From NCBI GenBank assembly GCA_963666275.2, contig CAXXOA010000002.1, forward strand, positions 2,219,697 to 2,283,696: 64,000 nucleotides of DNA, given 5' to 3'. Both the position numbers and the translations under genes were made by a program. Position 1 is the first letter of the stretch, and each line of letters opens with the position of its first letter. Origin of the DNA: Oceanispirochaeta sp. (GTDB lineage: Bacteria > Spirochaetota > Spirochaetia > DSM-2461). The notes below the pieces were generated by a model. It saw only the letters and a list, made by a program, of their open reading frames with translations, had not been told where the DNA came from and did no database searches. Shown here in pieces: positions 56,747 through 64,000 of the stretch.

Positions 56747-58702
56747 TTGAAAGAGTATCCCATTCTGTCTAAAATTGACAATCCTGATCAGATTAAAACA
56801 ATGACTGACAAGGATTTAAATGCACTGGCGGAAGAAATCCGTCAATATATTATCCAGACTGTCAGCTGCAACGGCGGGCATCTGGCTTCCAATCTCGGCG
56901 TTGTGGAGCTGACTCTGGCCATGCACAGAGTTTTTCACTCCCCCCGTGATAAATTCATCTGGGATGTGGGGCATCAGTGCTATACCCATAAACTGCTGAC
57001 CGGCCGGATGGAGCAGTTTCCCACGCTCCGGAAAAAAGGAGGGCTCAGCGGCTTTCCCAAAAGGGAAGAGAGTCCTCATGATCATTTCAATACAGGTCAT
57101 GCCTCCACTTCCATTTCAGCAGGTCTGGGTCTTCTGGCGGGAGAACGTCTTCAGGGAAAGGGAGGAAAAATCCTCTGTGTCATCGGAGACGGGGCCCTCA
57201 CGGGTGGTCAGGCTCTGGAAGCCCTGAACTACGGCGGTCATTTCAAGAAGGACCTTGTAGTCATTGTCAATGACAATGAAATGTCAATCAGCCCCAATGT
57301 GGGTGCCATCTCATCCTATCTGAGCCGGATAGCCTCTACCGGAGGGTACCGGAGAATACGGTCTCTCATTGATAGTACGATCCTCTTTGTTCCTTTCTTC
57401 GGTAAGACCCTGCTACGCTGGGTTTACAGTCTGAAAAGGGGTGTGAAAGGGGCTGTCTATAAAGAGAACCTGTTCACTGATATGGGTTACAAGTATGTGG
57501 GGCCCATCAACGGGCATAATATTACCCAGCTGACGGAAGTTTTCGAAAATGTAAAACAGATAAATGATCAGCCTGTGGTCATTCATGTACTCACCACAAA
57601 GGGGAAAGGGTACTCCCATGCCGAAGGGGATCCCGCTTCTTTTCACGGGGTCAAACCCTTTGCTGTGGAAACAGGCAAGGTGGATCCCCAGCTGGCATCC
57701 CATCCCGACAAAATCACTCTGACCCAGGCATTCGGCAATTCCATGGTATCACTGGGGCAGGAGGACTCCTCGGTGGTGGCTATTACAGCGGCCATGAGCT
57801 CCGGGACAGGCCTTTCGGCCTTCAGAGATGCCTTTCCCGGCCGTTTTTTCGATGTGGGAATCGCCGAACAGCACGCTGTGACCTTTGCCGCCGGTCTTGC
57901 CGCTTCGGGTATGAAACCGGTTGTTGCCATCTATTCAACATTCATGCAGCGGTCTGTGGATCAGCTGATTCATGATATCACCCTGCCGGGACTTCCCGTG
58001 GTGGTGGCCATGGACAGAAGCGGTCTGGTCGGTGATGACGGAGAAACCCATCAGGGGATCTTTGACATCAGCCTTTTCAGGAATATTCCGGGCCTTTCCT
58101 TTCTGGCTCCCGTCTCCCAGGGGGAGATGGATCTCCAGCTCAGCTGGGCGCTCCGGCAGAACTCACCCGTGCTCCTTCGTTATGCCAAGGACTGGTGCAT
58201 TCCTGAAGATGTGATTCCCCCTGAGGAGATCACTCCCGGAAGGGGCGTAACAATCCGCAGGGAGGAGAACGCTTCGGTACTGTTCATTTCACTGGGAGGG
58301 CTTTTAAGTGAAATTTTCAAGGCTGTGGAGCTGCTTGAGGATAAAGGTATTTCAAGCCATGTTCATTATCTGAGATTTATCCGCCCTCTGGACGAGAAGT
58401 ATCTGCTGAATCTGATGGGGGCCTATGATATTGTCATTTTTGTCGAAGAAGGGATCCGTCAGGGAGGAATGGGTGAGGAGATCTCCGCACTTCTCCGGGA
58501 ATCCGGATCAGAGGTTCTGTTTCACTACTACGGGATTCCATCGGAATACCTGCCCCAGGCCGGGCGAAGCGAGCTGATCAGTCAATGCGGCCTGGATGCG
58601 CCTTCCATTGCGGCAAAGGTGGAGGATATCCAGCAGGAACTCCGGTTCAATAAAGTGGTGGATATGGTGAAAAATGATAAATGGAAGGCCCACAATATCT
58701 GA
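56747..58702 (+). CDS. dxs: 1-deoxy-D-xylulose-5-phosphate synthase
   Basis: GGHLASNLG, WDVGHQ, GHASTS, GDGA...NDN, DVGIAEQHAV and GETHQG. Confidence 0.97.
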   Translation: MKEYPILSKIDNPDQIKTMTDKDLNALAEEIRQYIIQTVSCNGGHLASNLGVVELTLAMHRVFHSPRDKFIWDVGHQCYTHKLLTGRMEQFPTLRKKGGLSGFPKREESPHDHFNTGHASTSISAGLGLLAGERLQGKGGKILCVIGDGALTGGQALEALNYGGHFKKDLVVIVNDNEMSISPNVGAISSYLSRIASTGGYRRIRSLIDSTILFVPFFGKTLLRWVYSLKRGVKGAVYKENLFTDMGYKYVGPINGHNITQLTEVFENVKQINDQPVVIHVLTTKGKGYSHAEGDPASFHGVKPFAVETGKVDPQLASHPDKITLTQAFGNSMVSLGQEDSSVVAITAAMSSGTGLSAFRDAFPGRFFDVGIAEQHAVTFAAGLAASGMKPVVAIYSTFMQRSVDQLIHDITLPGLPVVVAMDRSGLVGDDGETHQGIFDISLFRNIPGLSFLAPVSQGEMDLQLSWALRQNSPVLLRYAKDWCIPEDVIPPEEITPGRGVTIRREENASVLFISLGGLLSEIFKAVELLEDKGISSHVHYLRFIRPLDEKYLLNLMGAYDIVIFVEEGIRQGGMGEEISALLRESGSEVLFHYYGIPSEYLPQAGRSELISQCGLDAPSIAAKVEDIQQELRFNKVVDMVKNDKWKAHNI

Positions 58703-58743
58703 CGGGCCTCTGCCTTCGTAAGTTTGCCTGCTCCGGAGAGGGA

Positions 58744-60408
58744 TTACTTCTTTTTGAAGATCCCCGCATACAACCTTCTATCCCGGGTGTTTCCCATATC
58801 AAAGTCATCAAAATCTTTGATGAGTGAGGATAGGAGGGAGTCGGCACTGCCGGATTCATGGTTCTCCACAACCCTCTGAAGGGAGTCTTTCCCGTAAATC
58901 TGCCCATTCATACTCTGTTCCCGGAAAAGAAAACTCCGGGATGTGATCAGGATCATATCTCCCGTGGCTACAGGAATTCTGAAGGGTCTTCCCGTTTCCC
59001 TGCTGTAAGGTTTGAATCCGAGGCCCTGCTGAAATGTGGCGGGGATCTCCTTTGTCGATACCAGCTGCAGTTTTTCTCCGGGCTTTTTATACCACACCAG
59101 AGCGCTCCCCGCAGTGGAGCAGATCAGATGATCTTCTGTGAACTGAAGCATCCCGGCTGATAGAGGGGATTCGGGAAAGGCGCCGAGGCTGTTCAATTCC
59201 CGGTTGATATCGGCAAAAAGATTTTTCAGATTGCTCTTCTCTTTTGTCTTTGCGTCCAGCCGGTCCAGGAGAAACTGCAGGGCCGGGTAGGAATACCGGT
59301 CTTCCGGGGAGGTCTCTGCCATAAAAAGCAGATCCGATGTTGTGCTTTGTCCGGGAGAAAAGGGCCAGGCGGCTATGGAGGGCAGGGCTCGTCCCGAATC
59401 TTCCAGAAAATGGGCTCCTTCCCAGCCTTCGGGCATGTTCAGGGGAAGGACTGGATTGATTTTCAGGGCTTTTCTGGCCGTAGCAACATGGAAGGAAGGA
59501 ATCTGAAGCGCCTCCTTCATGGTTTCTTCCAGTCGATTGTACTCTTTTTCCTCTCTTTCAATTGTCTCTTTCAGCTCCTGTGACTGAGTCTTGTACTCTT
59601 CAAGGTAGAGTCTCTGACTGCGGATCTCCCTTTGCAGCATAATCCCCTCCAGTATCAGAACGATAAGAAGAAGTCCCGTCGGAAGAGAGAAAAAGGCATT
59701 GTTCAGTGAGCGCAGGAGCAGGAAGGGGCTGTCGGATGTGAAGAGGAAAAGGGCTGTGAGTCCCGCAAAAAAAACAGAGAATGAAAGCCCTCCGATCCCG
59801 GAACGGTCGCTTTTCCTTTTCAGTGAGAGCAGACTGCAGATGCTGGAATCGGCAAAAACAAAGGTCCCGGCCAGGGGAACCGCCCAGGGCTGTGATAAAA
59901 GAGCCGGGTTGAACCAGCTGAGAGCTGAGATCAGTATGACCAGGAAAAAAACAGAGATCCTCGTCAGGATGATCCAGGGTTTTTTTCTATGATGAAAAGC
60001 TTTCATGGCCCATAGCCTGAGAAAGATAAAATAGAGAATTGACAGTTCTGTCCGGATCATGAGGATTCCGGCTCCGTTGCCCGTCAGAAGGGGAAAGAGA
60101 TTCAGGAAAGGCGAAAGATAGACAAGACTCAGGGTGAGGCCTGAAAGTCCCAGGTAGAGGGAGGATATATTTTTTCTGTAGAAAAGGAACAGGATGATTC
60201 CGTAGAGAAAGGTGAACAGTCCCCCTGCCATGGCCAGCTGATAGATCATATCTCCACCCGAGAGGATTTCCCTGTAGAAGGATTCAGCCGCACCGGAAGT
60301 AAAAGTCTGAAGAACGTTCCTGCTGTAGTCTTCCGGACGGGGCAGTCCGCAGGCGCTTACAGCGGCCAGGGAAAGAAAAAATACCGGTTGTTTTATGATC
60401 TTATACAT
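58744..60408 (-). CDS. Multi-TM membrane protein with a coiled coil and a degenerate SpoIIE/PP2C-like C-terminal domain
   Basis: About 7 TM segments and a coiled coil; C-terminal GDMILIT...EQSMNGQIYGKDSL resembles SpoIIE but lacks the DG/DD metal motifs. Confidence 0.6.
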   Translation of the reverse strand: MYKIIKQPVFFLSLAAVSACGLPRPEDYSRNVLQTFTSGAAESFYREILSGGDMIYQLAMAGGLFTFLYGIILFLFYRKNISSLYLGLSGLTLSLVYLSPFLNLFPLLTGNGAGILMIRTELSILYFIFLRLWAMKAFHHRKKPWIILTRISVFFLVILISALSWFNPALLSQPWAVPLAGTFVFADSSICSLLSLKRKSDRSGIGGLSFSVFFAGLTALFLFTSDSPFLLLRSLNNAFFSLPTGLLLIVLILEGIMLQREIRSQRLYLEEYKTQSQELKETIEREEKEYNRLEETMKEALQIPSFHVATARKALKINPVLPLNMPEGWEGAHFLEDSGRALPSIAAWPFSPGQSTTSDLLFMAETSPEDRYSYPALQFLLDRLDAKTKEKSNLKNLFADINRELNSLGAFPESPLSAGMLQFTEDHLICSTAGSALVWYKKPGEKLQLVSTKEIPATFQQGLGFKPYSRETGRPFRIPVATGDMILITSRSFLFREQSMNGQIYGKDSLQRVVENHESGSADSLLSSLIKDFDDFDMGNTRDRRLYAGIFKKK

Positions 60409-60671
60409 ATAATTGATTAGCTTCCTGAGTTCTTTAATTGTAATATCGACATTTCTCTGTAAAAAATATATACTAAAAAGAAGGTGTAACAGGAAATTCG
60501 GACCATTTATGGTTACACTGTAACAGAGGGAGCTGAAATTGTTCCCGCGGTTTGCGAGATTTTTGATTTTAACTGGTGTTTCCACTCCTCTGGAAAAGGC
60601 CTTCTAATTGATAACAATGATCCTAACCGGACAAAATAATACTACAACGTAAAGTGTGAGAAAAATACTAA

Positions 60672-62516
60672 ATGAAATTTACTGATTTTGAATTTAACGA
60701 GGATATCCTGAAGGGTATCAAAGACGCAGGGTTTACCGATTGTATGCCGGTGCAGGCGGAGACCTTTCAGACCATCAACCAGAACAGGGACGTTTTTGCA
60801 CAGTCCCAGACCGGAACAGGCAAAACAGCCGCTTTTCTTATTTCTATCTACCAGATGCTTCTGGAGGATAAACATTTCAAAGGGCGCAAAGCTCTTATCG
60901 TGGTTCCCACCAGAGAACTGGCCGTACAGATTGAAAAAGAGGCGGAAGTCCTCGGTAAATACCTGGATTTCCGGGTCGGCAGTTTCTACGGAGGCGTGGG
61001 ATACAACCAGCAGGAGGATATGCTCGAACAGGGAGTGGATATTCTGATCGGAACTCCCGGAAGACTTATTGATTTCAGCAAATCCGGTAAAATCCGTTTC
61101 AGTGAAATGGGTATCCTTGTCATTGATGAAGCCGACAGGCTTTTCGATATGGGATTCCTTCCGGATCTGCGTTCGATGCTGACTAAAATGGCTCCCGCCG
61201 ATGAGCGGAGAACCATGCTCTTCAGTGCCACCCTCAGCGCCAAAGTGGGGAATCTCGCCTGGGAATATATGAATAATCCCGGTGAAATTGTTATTGAACC
61301 CGAACAGGTTACCGTAGAAGCCATTCAGCAGGAGCTCTTCCATGTGGGGGCCGATGAAAAGATGAAGGTACTTCTGGGGCTCTTTGAAAGAGAAAAACCC
61401 GAAACCGCCATTGTATTTGCCAATACAAAACATACTTCCTATGAAGTAGCCAAACGGCTGGAGCACAACGGCTATGCCGCCCGCTGCCTTATGGGAGATC
61501 TTCCCCAGAAAAAAAGACTGAAAATTGTGGAAGATACAAAAGAGGGAAAAGTCAGGTTTCTTGTAGCTACCGATGTGGCAGCCAGGGGCCTTCATATCAA
61601 TGATCTCTCCATGGTTGTGAACTATGATGTTCCCTCGGATGCAGAGAGTTATGTTCACAGAATCGGAAGAACCGCCCGGGCCGGAAAAACCGGTAAGGCC
61701 TACACCCTGGCCTGTGAAAAATTCGTTTACGGCCTTCCTGCTATCGAAAAACTGATCGGTCAGAAAATCCCTGTTTCCTGGGTTGACGAAGATCTTATGG
61801 TGGAAGATAAAAGCGCGGGAATGCGTTTCCATTTTGATAAACGTTCGGGCAGTCCCAGTGACAGCCGGACCGGCAGAGGTTCATCCCGTACCAGACAGAA
61901 CAGCAGAAAGTACAGCGGAAACAGAAGACCTCTGGATGCCAGAGCCGCCAGGGTTCAGTCAGAAATTATGGCTGTTTCAGGATCAATGGACACCATTGAA
62001 GAAGAGATCACCAAATCCGGAACTGCTGCAACCGGGGGAAATAAAAACCGCAAGCGCAAAAATTACAAGAATCAGCGGTCTACAGACAACCGGTCCAGAA
62101 ACAGAAAAGACTACAAAGCTCCGGCCAGCCAGCCCATGGAAAGGGTCAGCAGTCAGAATTCGATTGATGACCGTCTTGCCTACTACAAAGCAAAATACGG
62201 TGAGGATTTTCAGGCGGATGATAAGGTCAGGAAGAATGATTCCAATCTGAAGACATCCGGTGGTACCGGAAGAAAGCCCGGCCAGGGAAAAGCAAAACCC
62301 CAGGGACAGAACAGGGGCGGACAGAGAGGTTCCTACCAGTCAAACCGCCCGGGAAAACCCTCTTCCGGGAAAAAATCCTACAGTTCCACAAAGGGACAGG
62401 CTCCCCGTAAACCTTCTCAGGGAAGCGGAAAGTCGCAGGCGGCTCCAAAAGCTCCTGTTCAGAAGAAACCGGAAGCCAAAAAAGGATTTCTGGCAAAACT
62501 CTTCGGAAAAAAATAA
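60672..62516 (+). CDS. DEAD-box RNA helicase with a long basic C-terminal tail
   Basis: Q motif; SQTGTGKT, PTRELA, TPGR, DEAD, SAT, ARGL and HRIGRTAR. Confidence 0.96.
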   Translation: MKFTDFEFNEDILKGIKDAGFTDCMPVQAETFQTINQNRDVFAQSQTGTGKTAAFLISIYQMLLEDKHFKGRKALIVVPTRELAVQIEKEAEVLGKYLDFRVGSFYGGVGYNQQEDMLEQGVDILIGTPGRLIDFSKSGKIRFSEMGILVIDEADRLFDMGFLPDLRSMLTKMAPADERRTMLFSATLSAKVGNLAWEYMNNPGEIVIEPEQVTVEAIQQELFHVGADEKMKVLLGLFEREKPETAIVFANTKHTSYEVAKRLEHNGYAARCLMGDLPQKKRLKIVEDTKEGKVRFLVATDVAARGLHINDLSMVVNYDVPSDAESYVHRIGRTARAGKTGKAYTLACEKFVYGLPAIEKLIGQKIPVSWVDEDLMVEDKSAGMRFHFDKRSGSPSDSRTGRGSSRTRQNSRKYSGNRRPLDARAARVQSEIMAVSGSMDTIEEEITKSGTAATGGNKNRKRKNYKNQRSTDNRSRNRKDYKAPASQPMERVSSQNSIDDRLAYYKAKYGEDFQADDKVRKNDSNLKTSGGTGRKPGQGKAKPQGQNRGGQRGSYQSNRPGKPSSGKKSYSSTKGQAPRKPSQGSGKSQAAPKAPVQKKPEAKKGFLAKLFGKK

Positions 62517-62536
62517 TTTCCCATAGAATCCCACAG

Positions 62537-62572
62537 GCTCCGGCGGTGTTAAACTGCCGGAGCTTTTTTTTT
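62537..62572 (+). terminator. Intrinsic terminator
   Basis: GCTCCGGCGGT-gttaa-ACTGCCGGAGC followed by T9. Confidence 0.85.
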
Positions 62573-62858
62573 ACAGGGAAAGGAACGTTCCTATCCGGCC
62601 TGTATCAGAACCGTCGCCCCGCCAGGAGAAAAAATCCCGGTGACAGCAGGTACACAGCCCGGCCGTTTCTATATGGTCAGGCTTTATACCGGCTTGAATG
62701 AGCTGTCTCCGGGCGGCTTCCTCCAGGCTGAACCGCCAGTGGTCCCGGCCGTCGGGGGTAAAGGCTTCCCGGGTTTCGGGGTAATTCTCTGTCATTCTGC
62801 TGAATACGGGGATATCTACCTGGTAGCAGCAGGCTCCGATGGCCGGGCCTGTTCCGCC
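62571..62858 (-). pseudogene. pgeF: C-terminal third of a PgeF/YfiH (laccase-domain) gene, cut at the junction
   Basis: GPAIGACCYQV, LCTCC and FFSWR...TGR; an in-frame stop lies just upstream. Confidence 0.85.
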
Positions 62859-62860
62859 GG

Positions 62861-63058
62861 CCCGGGCGGGTATTTAACAGGGCCCAACTTTTGGAACATG
62901 TATGGGGATACGGCCACGACGGTTACGACCATACCGTCAACTCCAATATCAACCGTTTGCGGGCCAAGATCGAATCCGACCCGGCCAATCCCCAGTACAT
63001 CCTGACGGTCTGGGGTGTTGGTTATAAATTCACGGATGTGGATGAGGCCGATGTTTAA
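62861..63058 (+). pseudogene. C-terminal winged-helix fragment of an OmpR-family response regulator
   Basis: PGRVFNRAQLLEHVWGYGHDGYDHTVNSNINRLRAKIESDPANPQYILTVWGVGYKF; no receiver domain. Confidence 0.88.
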
Positions 63059-64000
63059 CTCCTTGTACGCCAAAAATTGCAGCAGGTCTTTCCGCCCTCT
63101 TCCTTGTGGTGGGCCTGATCTTTATCGGGGTGACCGTTTTTTGCCACGGACATGTACCAACAGGAGGTAAACCAGAAGCTGAATACGGGCCTTGCCCAAC
63201 AGATCGTCAAAGAGCGGATTCTCATGGAAGACGGCCGGGTCAACCAAACGGCACTCAAGGAGATCTTTCATATGCTCATGGTCATTAACCCCGGCATTGA
63301 GATTTACCTTCTGGACGTTGATGGAAATATCCTGACATTTTCGGCACCCCCGGACAGCGTTAAGCGCAGCAAAGTGGACCTTTCCCCTGTGACGCAATGG
63401 CTGGATGGCAGACTGATCCCGCCGGTCCAAGGGGAAGACCCCAAAAACCTTACCGGTAAAAAAGTCTTTTCAGCGGCATCTATTGAACGAAATGGAATCC
63501 TTGAAGGATACCTTTATGTCATTTTGGGCGGCGAAGAATATGACTCTGTGGCCCAGAAACTCAAAGGCAGTTATATCCTGAGGCTTTCGGCCTGGATGAT
63601 CGGGGCGGGCCTCCTTTTTGCCCTGGCAGCCGGGCTGGTACTCTTTGGCCTTCTCACCGGGCGCTTGAAAAAGCTTGCCGCCGTGATGGAAGCCTTTTGA
63701 AGGCGGGAACCGAAGGGGCTGATGTTGACCTGCCCAGGCGCCAGGGGCCGCCCGATGAAATTGACCGGCTGAGCAATACCTTTAAGGAGATGGCTGCCCG
63801 GATCGAAACCAGATGGCAGAGCTGAAGGCCTCCGACCAAATGCGCCGGGAACTGGTGGCCAATGTTTCCCATGATCTGCGCACCCCGCTTGCCACCCTGC
63901 AGGGATATATCGAAACCCTGCTCATCAAGGAAAATCAATATACGCCCGAAGAACGGGGTCACTACCTTGAAATTGCCATCCGCCACTGCCGCCGCCTCAA
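63051..64000 (+). pseudogene. Sensor histidine kinase with several single-base frameshifts, running off the window
   Basis: The pieces MFNSLYAK, MYQQEVNQKLN...GYLYVILGG, HAMP DEIDRL..TFKEMA and H-box ANVSHDLRTPLATLQGYIETL lie in different frames. Confidence 0.85.

Overview
Bacterial chromosome segment, most likely from a free-living spirochaete. This is an inference from the 'FANGGQ/FAGGQQE'-type solute-binding protein N-termini and the core-gene context. The window has four parts. (1) 1-31.6 kb is a visibly AT-richer accessory region. It holds a Thermotoga-type oxidative inositol pathway (iolM, iolG, iolN, iolO plus uxaE), three sugar-binding proteins and two ABC systems, several intact and decayed GntR genes, a dead IS3, an IS256 fragment, and an hcp / TM1266-like / DUF438-hemerythrin stress module. 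(2) 31.7-36.7 kb is a tandem integration site at tRNA-Leu(GAG). A 4.8-kb unit with no tyrosine integrase carries BrnTA and a DDE transposase interrupted by an IS21, and it is bracketed by a duplicated tRNA 3' half and a duplicated ~180-bp arm. (3) 36.8-62.8 kb is GC-richer core genome: pstSCAB-phoU-phoBR (with a PstS-domain-fused PstA and a structured 57-bp tandem repeat before phoU), galM, a cobalamin-riboswitch corrinoid protein with PocR-AraC and a RACE activator, murC-yicC-cmk-rpoZ-miaA, a 29-aa bS22-like protein, dxs and a DEAD-box helicase. (4) Near 62.86 kb the sequence switches abruptly from a truncated pgeF to a frameshift-riddled two-component system, most likely an assembly chimera. 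All calls come from reading motifs by eye; no database searches were run.
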